In this document: positions 39,207 to 49,050 of the stretch, piece by piece
Numbering within the stretch: position 1 is the first letter of the stretch
Layout: every line of letters begins with the position of its first letter
Source of the DNA: a virus
Strand: one strand, 5' to 3'
Virus record (IMG/VR): IMGVR_UViG_3300021961_008157
Length of the DNA stretch: 64,000 nucleotides
Position numbers and translations under genes: made by a program
The notes under the pieces: model-generated
The model's input: the letters and a program-made list of their open reading frames with translations, nothing else
The model's database searches: none
What the model was told of the DNA's origin: nothing

Positions 39207-40461
39207 CTTAGTTAAACCGATTGAATTAACAGAGCGTGAAAAGTTTTTATTGACAGACTCTAAGACGTTTTGCATCTATCCTTGGATCCATCTTCATGCC
39301 TATCCCACTGGTGAAGCATATCCGTGTTGTCATGCTGAAATGAAAGTAGGGCAGATAGGCAATTGCAAAACAAACACATTGTCCGAAATTTGGAACAGCC
39401 CCGAGCAAAAGAAACTTCGTTCCGACATGCTGTCTGAAACACCAAATTCTGCATGTGGACGTTGTTACGAGCAAGAACAATCAGGATTTTTCAGTGGCCG
39501 TCGCAGTGCCAACAAGCATCACGGACATCATATTGCTCGAGTAAATCAAACCGATGCAACCGGACACACTGATCAATTTGAAATGACCTACTGGGATCTA
39601 CGTTTCAGTAATTTGTGTAATTTAAGTTGTCGTAGTTGCGGGCACATTTTCAGCAGTAGCTGGTACAAGGACCAAACTGAGTTGGCAGGACCTACATGGG
39701 CAAGTCAAAACAAGCCATTGAACTATGCAGGACGTTTTGCCACAGACATGTGGGAACAACTGATTGAACACATTGATCATGTGGAACAAATTTACTTTGC
39801 TGGTGGCGAACCATTGATGATGGAAGAGCATTACCTGATCTTAGAAGAATTAGAACGCAGGAAACGCTTTGATGTTCGATTGATATACAACACTAACTTC
39901 ACACAGACTCGTCTCAAAAATCGTACTGTATTTGATTACTGGCGTAAATTTAACAGCGTGGCAGTGGGTGCCAGTTTGGATGCATCAGGCGCTCGCGGCG
40001 AATACATTAGAAAAGGCACAGACTGGGCCACAGTTGAACAAAATCGTCGTCAGATGATGGAAATATGTCCGCGTGTGGATTTCTATATTAGTCCTACCCT
40101 GAGTATTTTAAATGCTTGGCACCTGCCAGATTTTCATCGAGATTGGGTCAACAAAGGCCTGCTAAAGCCACAAGATCTTAATGTAAATATATTACAAGAT
40201 CCAAGACATTTTAGAATTGATATTGCAACAACAGAATATAAAAAATCCATCGAAGATCGATATCAAGAACATTTAAATTGGCTGCGCCCATTAGACCAAT
40301 TAAATCGTGCCACGGTTGGATTTGAAAGCGCCATTGCATTCATGAATAATACTGATAATACAACTTTATTAGATACATTTTGGCAAAAAACAAAGCAGCT
40401 AGATAGCATTCGCAACGAATTTGTATTGGATGCAATTCCAGAATTAAAAGCATTAATATGA
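39178..40461 (+). CDS. Radical SAM protein with N-terminal twitch domain (3 of 5)
   Basis: FCIYPW...PCCH...ACGRCY; core CNLSCRSC; AGGEP. Confidence 0.9.
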   Translation: MTAYKYNSSDLVKPIELTEREKFLLTDSKTFCIYPWIHLHAYPTGEAYPCCHAEMKVGQIGNCKTNTLSEIWNSPEQKKLRSDMLSETPNSACGRCYEQEQSGFFSGRRSANKHHGHHIARVNQTDATGHTDQFEMTYWDLRFSNLCNLSCRSCGHIFSSSWYKDQTELAGPTWASQNKPLNYAGRFATDMWEQLIEHIDHVEQIYFAGGEPLMMEEHYLILEELERRKRFDVRLIYNTNFTQTRLKNRTVFDYWRKFNSVAVGASLDASGARGEYIRKGTDWATVEQNRRQMMEICPRVDFYISPTLSILNAWHLPDFHRDWVNKGLLKPQDLNVNILQDPRHFRIDIATTEYKKSIEDRYQEHLNWLRPLDQLNRATVGFESAIAFMNNTDNTTLLDTFWQKTKQLDSIRNEFVLDAIPELKALI

Positions 40462-41672
40462 ACATCCCCCACGATAAATTTTGCGTATTACCTTGGATCA
40501 GCCTCGAAGCCAGCCCCATTGGCACTGTGAGACCTTGTTGTCTGGCCATCAATGAAATCGAAGATGATGACAACAACAAATACAAATTGGCAAATACCAG
40601 TCTGTTAGAAATACAAAATAGTACCGCAATGCGAGCTCTCCGCGAAGATTTTCTTGCAGGAAAAAAGCCTCAAACTTGTCGTCGTTGTTGGAATGAAGAA
40701 CGTGCTGGTCGAACCAGTAAGCGCATGCATACTCTAGACCGGCTCAAGCATATGATTGATCCTAATCTTTCTTGGTCCACCGATGCTATGCCGTTAATGT
40801 TTTTAGATCTTAAACTAGGCAACATCTGTAATTTAAAGTGTCGTATCTGTGGATCTTGGAGTTCAAGCCAATATGCCACAGAAGAACTCAAATTCAATAA
40901 AAAAGAAGAACAGCGCGGCAATTTTGCCTATCAAATGCTCAAAGAAGGTGCATGGCCCCGGGAAAGCGAAGACTTTTGGAATGACTTAGACAAGCACTTA
41001 GACAATATACGTTACATTGAGTTCACTGGTGGCGAACCTTTTATGATTCGCGAACATTTTCAACTGCTTCGAAAACTAGTAGATACCGGCCGCGCCTCAC
41101 AAGTAGAAATACACTACAATACCAATGGCACACAATATCCAGAAGAAGGCGAAAGCATTTGGAAACATTTTAAACATGTGGAAATTGCACTAAGCATCGA
41201 CGATGTTGAAAGTCGTTTTGAATATCAACGCACCAATGCAATTTGGGAAGATGTAGTTGCTAATGTTGAAAAGTTCCGCCAACTGCGGAGTCGTAACACT
41301 AATATTACATTACAGGCTTGTTGTACTATTAATGTGTTTAATGTTTACTACCTTGAAACAGTGGCTAATTGGTTACTGCAACAAAAGTTTGACTTCATTT
41401 ATTGGAACATGATGCACGACGCCTATTACTATAGCATTAGCACACTACCAGATGCAGCCAAAGAGGTAATTACTCAACGACTTATTACGGCCAATGTACC
41501 CGATAAAATATTAAAAGAGTTTGTTAGTGCAGCCGAGTTCATGAATAATGGCAACAGTCTTGATGGCCAACTGTTACGAATGAACATATCTGACCTTGAC
41601 CGAAAGCGTAGTCAAAATTTAGCAGATGTTGAACCCGAGTTTGCAACATTAATCAATTATGTTAAAACCTAA
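40458..41672 (+). CDS. Radical SAM protein with N-terminal twitch domain (4 of 5)
   Basis: FCVLPW...PCC...TCRRCW; core CNLKCRIC; TGGEP. Confidence 0.9.
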   Translation: MNIPHDKFCVLPWISLEASPIGTVRPCCLAINEIEDDDNNKYKLANTSLLEIQNSTAMRALREDFLAGKKPQTCRRCWNEERAGRTSKRMHTLDRLKHMIDPNLSWSTDAMPLMFLDLKLGNICNLKCRICGSWSSSQYATEELKFNKKEEQRGNFAYQMLKEGAWPRESEDFWNDLDKHLDNIRYIEFTGGEPFMIREHFQLLRKLVDTGRASQVEIHYNTNGTQYPEEGESIWKHFKHVEIALSIDDVESRFEYQRTNAIWEDVVANVEKFRQLRSRNTNITLQACCTINVFNVYYLETVANWLLQQKFDFIYWNMMHDAYYYSISTLPDAAKEVITQRLITANVPDKILKEFVSAAEFMNNGNSLDGQLLRMNISDLDRKRSQNLADVEPEFATLINYVKT

Positions 41673-42675
41673 ATTATTATGTCGTTGTCGTACGTTTGAA
41701 AATACTCGTCGAGAAAAATTAAGTCAATATTTTCAGCTGGTTAATTATAATTCTGACTATGAATATAAATCAAGCGAGTATGATGCTGTATTAGAGGATT
41801 GGAATGATACTTTTTTTCATTGGCGATATAACAATAATTTAATACCACAAGCAAAATGGTATGACAAATTTGTCTATAACGGTAGCAAGTTTATAATTGA
41901 TCATAGTTATGATAGCTACGTTAACGAGTCATCTTATTTTGAAAATAACAATACATATGTTTTAAGGTCTAAAAACTGGATCTGGATAAATGAAAATTGG
42001 CTTTATAGAAAAGCTGGATATAAAGATGTACTGCTACGCAATGTTCCTTCCCCTGATCCAACAAAGTTTTTTCTATTACTAATGAATTTAGAGCGAGCAC
42101 ACCGAACAGAGATACTCAATCGATCAACAAAATATCTTGATGATTCTATCTACAGTTATGTAGCTCGTGGTATTATACTAGACAATGAGCTATTGAACGA
42201 TCGTGGATATATCAAGAATCAATGGGCATTTTATCCGCAACGATATTCAAATACTTATTTCAGTTTGGTTGCTGAAACAACAACTAATTTAATACGCCCG
42301 AGAGACCTTTCTCCTAATAAACCTATTTTTATTAGCGAAAAAAGTTTTAAACCTTTTGCATTTAAACATCCATTTATCACATACGGAACTGCTAACACGT
42401 TGCAATATTTAAAATCTATAGGGTTTGAAACCTTTGATCATGTTATTAACGAAACATATGATTCTATCTTAGACCCATACGAACGTTTAACAGCAATAAT
42501 GATTGAGGTAGATAATTTGTATAAAGAATACAAGGAAGGAAAACAATTATTCAAAGATGCGTTATCACAAGAAAAACTCGAGCATAATTTTAATAGATTT
42601 TACGATGATGCTCTAGTAGATCAAATGTACGTCAATGAAGTTATAAACCCGATGTTGGAATTTATCAATGCTTGA
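41659..42675 (+). CDS. GT10-motif glycosyltransferase-like protein (2 of 4)
   Basis: YFSLVAET...FISEKSFKP..KHPFI...IGFETF..INETYD; visibly AT-rich. Confidence 0.55.
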   Translation: MLKPKLLCRCRTFENTRREKLSQYFQLVNYNSDYEYKSSEYDAVLEDWNDTFFHWRYNNNLIPQAKWYDKFVYNGSKFIIDHSYDSYVNESSYFENNNTYVLRSKNWIWINENWLYRKAGYKDVLLRNVPSPDPTKFFLLLMNLERAHRTEILNRSTKYLDDSIYSYVARGIILDNELLNDRGYIKNQWAFYPQRYSNTYFSLVAETTTNLIRPRDLSPNKPIFISEKSFKPFAFKHPFITYGTANTLQYLKSIGFETFDHVINETYDSILDPYERLTAIMIEVDNLYKEYKEGKQLFKDALSQEKLEHNFNRFYDDALVDQMYVNEVINPMLEFINA

Positions 42676-43351
42676 AACCGCAGTCATTGGCAGCAACGGA
42701 TTGATTGGTAGTCAAGTGGTTAAATTTTTTAGGCCAACACTAACTTTCAATTCCAATAATATTCATCAACTACCTAAACATCAATATAGTAAGGTAATCG
42801 TCGCAGCGCCATCGGGCAATAGGCGTCAAGCCGAAGCAGATCCTGCGGCAGATCGAACAAATATTGATCTATTAATTGACCAGTTAAAGCAAACTCCAAT
42901 AGAAACAATAGTATTGATTGGTACCATTGATTCAATTGTTTACGGCGATACACATTACGGCCGCAATAGAAAACTATTAGAAGATTTTGTTCGCAGTACG
43001 TTTCCAGATTCATATGTGTTGAGATTATGTACACTAATTGGGACAACTATTAAAAAGAATGTGCTATACGATTTAAAACATGGTCAATATTTAGATTCAA
43101 TCAATCTCGAATCCACACAACAATGGTATCCTTTGAGTAGTTTAGAGCAGGATATCAACCGTGCAATATACAATAAAACACGCGATCTTACGCTAGTGTC
43201 CGAACCTATAAAAAATAAAGAAATTGTTGATCGTTTCTTCCCTAATTGCTCAATTGGTGTCGTATCTGGAACACCGCTGTGTTATAATATAGCACCCGTA
43301 TATTTCAGCAAAGAAGAAATATTTGACGAGATGGCCAAATATCTAAAATGA
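42668..43351 (+). CDS. NAD(P)-dependent epimerase/reductase (short Rossmann type)
   Basis: VIGSNGLIG dinucleotide-binding motif; YGRNRK in the YxxxK-like position. Confidence 0.7.
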   Translation: MLETAVIGSNGLIGSQVVKFFRPTLTFNSNNIHQLPKHQYSKVIVAAPSGNRRQAEADPAADRTNIDLLIDQLKQTPIETIVLIGTIDSIVYGDTHYGRNRKLLEDFVRSTFPDSYVLRLCTLIGTTIKKNVLYDLKHGQYLDSINLESTQQWYPLSSLEQDINRAIYNKTRDLTLVSEPIKNKEIVDRFFPNCSIGVVSGTPLCYNIAPVYFSKEEIFDEMAKYLK

Positions 43352-44046
43352 AAAAAGTTTACATCTGTGGCGATAGTTTTGGAACTAACGATCCCGAATA
43401 CAGCAACAAATCTTGGGTTGATCAGTTAACTGCTCGTTTAAAAAATACCGCCACTGTTATAAACTTGAGTCGGGTGTGCGCTAGTAATTTGCACATAGCA
43501 CTACAAGTAGATCAAGCCATTGAGGACCAAGCTGATTTTATAATATATCTAGCAACTGCCAGCACACGAGAAATTGTAAAATTACGCTCGTTAAAACAAC
43601 ATAAAAAATTACTTGATCGTATAGTTGATATCACCAAGCCCGGACACACACCAGATTTAACATCATATTCATTTGGTAGCTTAGATGACACAACACTTTT
43701 CAACTCAGCACAACTGTTATTATTAAAACAATATCACGCAGAGTTTTTTGATATTGATGTTGAAGTTTACAAAAATCGTCTTATAATTGAAGCTGCACTA
43801 GAACATTTAGTTGATAGCCACATTCCATTTTTGTTTGACCGTGGCGGCTTTGAACATCCTAGTTTTTTAAATAGTACGCCCGTTGAGTATTTTAAAAAAT
43901 ATGCTAAATTTTTTAGTGAGATTAATTTGTGGGAGTGGGTTGTTAATCAGCCAATGACACACAGGCCCTACTATCACATTAAAGACATGCAAGTACATAC
44001 ACGTATTGCTGATTATTATTACAATATAATAATTTCTCAACTATGA
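43348..44046 (+). CDS. SGNH/GDSL-family hydrolase or acyltransferase
   Basis: Block I ICGDSF, block II NLSRVCASN, and a C-terminal YHI...H. Confidence 0.6.
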   Translation: MKKVYICGDSFGTNDPEYSNKSWVDQLTARLKNTATVINLSRVCASNLHIALQVDQAIEDQADFIIYLATASTREIVKLRSLKQHKKLLDRIVDITKPGHTPDLTSYSFGSLDDTTLFNSAQLLLLKQYHAEFFDIDVEVYKNRLIIEAALEHLVDSHIPFLFDRGGFEHPSFLNSTPVEYFKKYAKFFSEINLWEWVVNQPMTHRPYYHIKDMQVHTRIADYYYNIIISQL

Positions 44047-45335
44047 ACAAACCCGAAACACTTTGCATGGCGCCGTGGACGCACACGTATCTTAGCCCAC
44101 AAACAGAACGACGACTGTGTTGCGCCAGTCGCGAACCAGCACAAAGTTTTGAACAATATATTGATACAGCAGCGGGCAGCGGCAAATATCATCCAATCAC
44201 GCTAGAAGAACACTGGAACAGTGAACATATGCGCTCTGTGCGCCGCCGTATGATGGCAGGAGAAACGCTGCCTGAGTGTGATGTATGCAATAACAAACTG
44301 CTAAACACAGATGTTTACCGCAGCTATTTTTGGGCAATGTTCAAACATAAATATCCTAGCATTTGGGAGACCACGGATGTCGACGGTACGACAAGTATGC
44401 TACCAGTTAGCTGGGACTACAGGTTCAGCAACTTGTGCAACTTTAAATGCCGTATGTGTGGTGATATGTTGTCAAGCGCATGGGAAAGTGAGCAACGCCA
44501 ACATAATATGATTAACTGGCACGATCCAAAAAACAATTGGATGCGTCCCGACATACGTAAGGAGATAACGGCCTTCCAGGATCAGCAAATTGAAGCAGAA
44601 TTTGCGCAAGCTGTTGAGGAACACCGCGTAGAAGAAATATATTGGGTAGGTGGTGAGCCACTGATGTACGAGCAACACTGGCGCTATATGAAACGAGTTG
44701 TTGAACTTGGGGATGGTCCCAAAGTATATGCAAGATACAACACTAATCTATCTCGCGTTAATTATCGTGGTATTGATCTTTTTGATGGGATTATATGTCG
44801 CCTTCGTGATTGGCAAATCTGTGCAAGCCTTGACGGTACCGGACGAATTGGAGAATACGTTAGAACAGGTCTCGAATTCGATTCATGGCGCAAGAATTAT
44901 GATCGAGCAGTTGCAGCAAGCACTCATCGCCGCCAAGTCCGAATCGATTTTACTCTTACGCTGCCCGGAATGTTCGAAGTTGGGAACATTGTGCGACTCG
45001 CACAAGAAACTAACACAGATATCCTTGCCAAAGTAGTATTTGGATTTACGCCCGACATTGTAATGAGCCCGCTGGCGCTACCGCGGCATTTACTTGATCC
45101 GTGGGTGGATGAGTTGATAACTACATGTTCAGGTGCTATGCAAGATGTTTTGCTGCAACTAAAAAATCGCCCTACATTTGCAGAACAATGGCCTGACGAG
45201 TGGCGTGAAGGATTGGTTAAAGGCAAGCAGCGAATACTAACACTAGAACAAATACGCGAAGACAAGTTTACCATGGCTGACATATTGGCAGGCCGTCCCG
45301 AAATATTAGAATGGTGGAATCAAATTGACTGTTAA
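44043..45335 (+). CDS. Radical SAM protein with N-terminal twitch domain (5 of 5)
   Basis: LCMAPW...LCC...ECDVC; core CNFKCRMC; VGGEP. Confidence 0.9.
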   Translation: MNKPETLCMAPWTHTYLSPQTERRLCCASREPAQSFEQYIDTAAGSGKYHPITLEEHWNSEHMRSVRRRMMAGETLPECDVCNNKLLNTDVYRSYFWAMFKHKYPSIWETTDVDGTTSMLPVSWDYRFSNLCNFKCRMCGDMLSSAWESEQRQHNMINWHDPKNNWMRPDIRKEITAFQDQQIEAEFAQAVEEHRVEEIYWVGGEPLMYEQHWRYMKRVVELGDGPKVYARYNTNLSRVNYRGIDLFDGIICRLRDWQICASLDGTGRIGEYVRTGLEFDSWRKNYDRAVAASTHRRQVRIDFTLTLPGMFEVGNIVRLAQETNTDILAKVVFGFTPDIVMSPLALPRHLLDPWVDELITTCSGAMQDVLLQLKNRPTFAEQWPDEWREGLVKGKQRILTLEQIREDKFTMADILAGRPEILEWWNQIDC

Positions 45336-46425
45336 AGTTGTACTGCGCAATCCGTTAAAACACTCGGATCAAGTTGACTATACAATAGAGGCTGCTGACA
45401 ATGCGTTAGTGCGCGACTGGATTCCAGCATTAAAAACTCTGCTGCAATCGGGTAACTCGCTTGAGAAAAACTTTTGTTTTATGGGTTTTCCAAAAACAGC
45501 ACGTACACTTGAATACTTGTGCGATCAAGTAAATCAAGCGTCAGCAACAATAAACAACTATTTTGATGATTATTCCATTGAAGAAATATTTAGGCCCAGC
45601 ACCGTTACAACAAAAAATACTTCTCCCGACTATCCTAACATTATACAATATAAGCCTAATCACAATGTATTAAATCAATTACACAATCACTTTGAAGTGC
45701 TACAAGGTACAGTTGGGAATTTAAGCAGTTTCTATCATCGTGCTGACTATGAAACCAAATATGCCATACGACAGTTGAATAATATCTGCCACGAAATGGA
45801 ATCGTTAATTCTTAGCCAACATAAATTAGCAACTGCTCCTTACTGGGTTCGTCCCAGTCAAATCACTACATTTCTAGCGGCGCCGCGATATGAGTTAAAA
45901 GATGAACACAGAGAAGGATTTGCAACAAATGGTTATGATCGTGTATTGGGTGGCGTATATATGCATTGGGCTCAGATAGGCAAAACATTATTTGAAGTAT
46001 TTCGTGATGAAGGTGCACCTGTTTTAACAGATACTGTTTGCGAAGCTATTACTGAACTAAAGTACTACAGTGGCGAATTTGACATTGAATGGGGCAATGA
46101 TGTGGTGTATGGTGGTAATAGAGAATGGCATAACAAAGAACAAGATCAGTTCCGCCAATGGTTAACAGCCAATGGGCACGATCCCACTAATACCAAACTG
46201 AGTTTAGGGTATTTGCCAATTGGGCAGGTATTATTACAAGAAAGTTTCGGCACAACCGACCATCAAGCAATTTGGGACATACTCAGCTCACACTTAGATA
46301 TATACAAGATTGAAGTTGGCGGTGTTACAGGTACGTTTGACTATTGCTGGACAGATTCTGATTATAAGCAACGTCAGATTAACATGATGCGCCCGGGTTA
46401 CGATTACAAAGGAAGTATAACATGA
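45325..46425 (+). CDS. Hypothetical protein with His/Glu-rich helical motifs
   Basis: 366-aa coupled ORF containing LNQLHNHFE and LNNICHEME. Confidence 0.6.
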   Translation: MTVKVVLRNPLKHSDQVDYTIEAADNALVRDWIPALKTLLQSGNSLEKNFCFMGFPKTARTLEYLCDQVNQASATINNYFDDYSIEEIFRPSTVTTKNTSPDYPNIIQYKPNHNVLNQLHNHFEVLQGTVGNLSSFYHRADYETKYAIRQLNNICHEMESLILSQHKLATAPYWVRPSQITTFLAAPRYELKDEHREGFATNGYDRVLGGVYMHWAQIGKTLFEVFRDEGAPVLTDTVCEAITELKYYSGEFDIEWGNDVVYGGNREWHNKEQDQFRQWLTANGHDPTNTKLSLGYLPIGQVLLQESFGTTDHQAIWDILSSHLDIYKIEVGGVTGTFDYCWTDSDYKQRQINMMRPGYDYKGSIT

Positions 46426-46523
46426 ACTGGATTAAAAATTTGATCAACCGTATTCGTTTAGAAATACGCTATCGTAAAAAACTTAAAGAATTGAGACGTA
46501 GAGACCCTTTCATATATAAATGA
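46422..46523 (+). CDS. 33-aa basic peptide, not in the ORF track
   Basis: MNWIKNLINRIRLEIRYRKKLKELRRRDPFIYK*. ATGA overlaps at both ends (46422 and 46520). Confidence 0.75.
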   Translation: MNWIKNLINRIRLEIRYRKKLKELRRRDPFIYK

Positions 46524-48034
46524 AATTGAAAAAGTATTTGGGCATCAGTGCGGGATTTCACGATGCTTGTGTCAGCTTGATTGACAGCAGCGGCAATGTG
46601 CTGTTTGCTGGCCATGCTGAGCGTTACAGCAAGCGTAAGAATGACGCACACTTGAACGATCAACTTATAGCAGCGGCGTTGGATCGTGGTGTGCCTGATC
46701 ACGTGGCATATTATGAACGCCCATGGTTTAAGAAAATACAACAACTTTATTCGGGACAATATCATGAAGCATTCGATACTGGCGCTTTTACTCTTAGTCA
46801 GTATCTGCGCAAACATCTATCTCCTGGACCAGAACTCAATGCTTTACTCAACGCTCAACACAGCTATCACAATCATCATCAAAGTCACGCAGCCGCAGGA
46901 TTCCAAACCAGTCCATTTAACCGAGCCACCGTGGTTGTAATAGATGCTATCGGCGAGTTAGATACCATTTCTATTTGGGGCGCGGAATACGATCGCAAAG
47001 GACAAGCAGTATATAAACGTCTTTGGGTGCAGCGTTATCCTCACTCAATTGGACTATTTTATTCAGCTATTACAAAAAGATTAGGACTGCATCCCCTTGA
47101 TGAAGAATACATTACAATGGGCATGGCTGCTTATGGTAGGCCCGCTTGGGAAGATAACTTAAAGCATTTGTTAGTTGAGCATGAATGGGACGCTGAGTTT
47201 AAAGAAAACTTGCATCTAGGTCTGCCTGAAAAATTTCTTGAACATGCAGACGACTACGACATTGCTGCCAGCGCCCAGGCCTTGTGCGAAAACTTAATTT
47301 ACAACATCATGCGCCGTGCCCAAGACTTTGGCTGGAGCAACAACTTGGTATATATGGGTGGCGTAGCACTAAACTGTAGCGCCAATAGAAACTTAGGTTA
47401 TTATTTTAAAAACATCTGGATCATGCCCAATCCCGGTGATGGAGGTAGCAGTTTAGGTGCAGCCGCATTGGCATATGGGCGGCAGCTCTACTGGAAGGAT
47501 GCTTTTCTCGGCGATAATATCGGCGGATCTTATCCCACCAATGCTATACTTGACCGTTTGCTAACTGATCGTATTGTAGGCGTAGCTTCGGGTCGTGCTG
47601 AGTTCGGTCCCCGCGCACTGGGCAATCGTAGTTTACTGGCTGATCCTCGCGGCAACGATATAAAAGATCGTGTAAATGAAATCAAGCGGCGCCAAAAGTT
47701 TAGACCCTTCGCTCCAGTTATACTAGAAGAACTGGCCGACAAGTATTTTGACATGCCCCCGGGCTTTGGTACAAGTAGATACATGCAGACAGTGGCCGCA
47801 TGCCGCATGCCTGATCTTTATCCGGCTATAACACACGCCGACGGCACTAGCCGTGTACAAACTGTACCCAAAGACGAAAGTGGAATTCGTGAGTTATTAG
47901 AAAAATGGTATGTGTTGACTGACTGCCCTATGTTACTCAACACTAGTTTAAACATACGCGGTGAACCAGTAGTGAACGACCGTGGTGATGCCGATCGCTT
48001 TGAACAATTATACAACGTTAAGGTTTGTAGTTAG
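46520..48034 (+). CDS. Carbamoyltransferase, NodU/CmcH/TobZ family
   Basis: FHDA, HHQSHAA, DAIGE, GGVALNC, GRAEFGPRALGNRS, FRPFAP and LNTSLN motifs. Confidence 0.93.
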   Translation: MKLKKYLGISAGFHDACVSLIDSSGNVLFAGHAERYSKRKNDAHLNDQLIAAALDRGVPDHVAYYERPWFKKIQQLYSGQYHEAFDTGAFTLSQYLRKHLSPGPELNALLNAQHSYHNHHQSHAAAGFQTSPFNRATVVVIDAIGELDTISIWGAEYDRKGQAVYKRLWVQRYPHSIGLFYSAITKRLGLHPLDEEYITMGMAAYGRPAWEDNLKHLLVEHEWDAEFKENLHLGLPEKFLEHADDYDIAASAQALCENLIYNIMRRAQDFGWSNNLVYMGGVALNCSANRNLGYYFKNIWIMPNPGDGGSSLGAAALAYGRQLYWKDAFLGDNIGGSYPTNAILDRLLTDRIVGVASGRAEFGPRALGNRSLLADPRGNDIKDRVNEIKRRQKFRPFAPVILEELADKYFDMPPGFGTSRYMQTVAACRMPDLYPAITHADGTSRVQTVPKDESGIRELLEKWYVLTDCPMLLNTSLNIRGEPVVNDRGDADRFEQLYNVKVCS

Positions 48035-49050
48035 AGATAAGTTTCAAGTCCACCACGCCGTGTTAGATCCTGGGTACAACAGCTAATACCACCATCCCAG
48101 AAATAACTATGGCGGAGTTCACATATGATAGGATTAATGCGATGACGTTTACAGTAGTCAAACACATCTCTATTGTAAGCAGAAAAGATTACATTTTCTT
48201 CATCTAATACCAAACAGTTAACATCAAAAACTGTTTCAGCAACAAAGCCAGTCCATTTGTTTAGATAAGTGTTAACAAAGTCAGTGAACTCGGGTGTAGG
48301 TGTCTGTCCCTGTACATACCATGCTCCGGGGCTTTGCTCGTACTTAAACTTGCCCACTTCCATAGCAGCCCATATGCTACTATCCCAAATCTTTAACACT
48401 TCCCATCCAGGAAAGTCTTGGGCAAGATTAAGATTAAAATCGTGTTTGCTTGACAATAACACACCGGGTTTAAGAATGGCAAATACAGCATCGCCGTGGC
48501 CGTCGGTAACAGCTTCGTGAATACGATATTCAGAGCTTAAACAATTTTCTACAATCCATTTTGTTTGTTCAGGTTTTAGAAAATCACTGTTGTCAAAAAA
48601 AACGTCGCGGCCCACACGCACTATACAACTAGCCGATGCACCATTTAATATACAATTTGAATCCCACGTTGCGCCGTGTGGATTAATCACCTGACTAGCA
48701 TATTCAGCACAAATTTCATTTAATTCTGTCATTGGTAGCACACGCAGTAATTTTTGTCCCAGCGTTATTTGCCAATCGCGTGGTGTCAAAGGCGGTAACG
48801 GAACACCATTGCCACGTGTTTGTTGATTTTGAAACTCATGTATATCAGGAAGATTAGGGCGCCTAACACGGGCACCATAAGTTTCGATGGTTTTTTGTAA
48901 GTTGTTTAAATCCTCTTCAGTTTCGGCCAGTATCTGTTGCAGTTGATTACGCACCTGGGAGTTATCAATGAAATCAAAGTAATCGGGACTATAAGCACGA
49001 CCCACAATTACTTCTTCAAGAGGCTGCCAACTGGTGTAGGAATTAATCAT
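48031..49050 (-). CDS. Amidinotransferase (glycine/inosamine-phosphate amidinotransferase family)
   Basis: INSYTSWQPLEEVIVG N-terminus; PRD, GHGD and DGGISCCT carry the catalytic Asp/His/Cys positions. Confidence 0.85.
   Translation of the reverse strand: MINSYTSWQPLEEVIVGRAYSPDYFDFIDNSQVRNQLQQILAETEEDLNNLQKTIETYGARVRRPNLPDIHEFQNQQTRGNGVPLPPLTPRDWQITLGQKLLRVLPMTELNEICAEYASQVINPHGATWDSNCILNGASASCIVRVGRDVFFDNSDFLKPEQTKWIVENCLSSEYRIHEAVTDGHGDAVFAILKPGVLLSSKHDFNLNLAQDFPGWEVLKIWDSSIWAAMEVGKFKYEQSPGAWYVQGQTPTPEFTDFVNTYLNKWTGFVAETVFDVNCLVLDEENVIFSAYNRDVFDYCKRHRINPIICELRHSYFWDGGISCCTQDLTRRGGLETYL

Noticed and set aside
35419-46523. Classical RiPP cluster (radical SAM/SPASM plus precursor peptide)
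   Set aside because: There is no RRE/PqqD domain, peptidase or transporter. The only adjacent peptide lacks Cys or a leader/core layout, and the neighbours are sugar enzymes. Kept only as a minor alternative.
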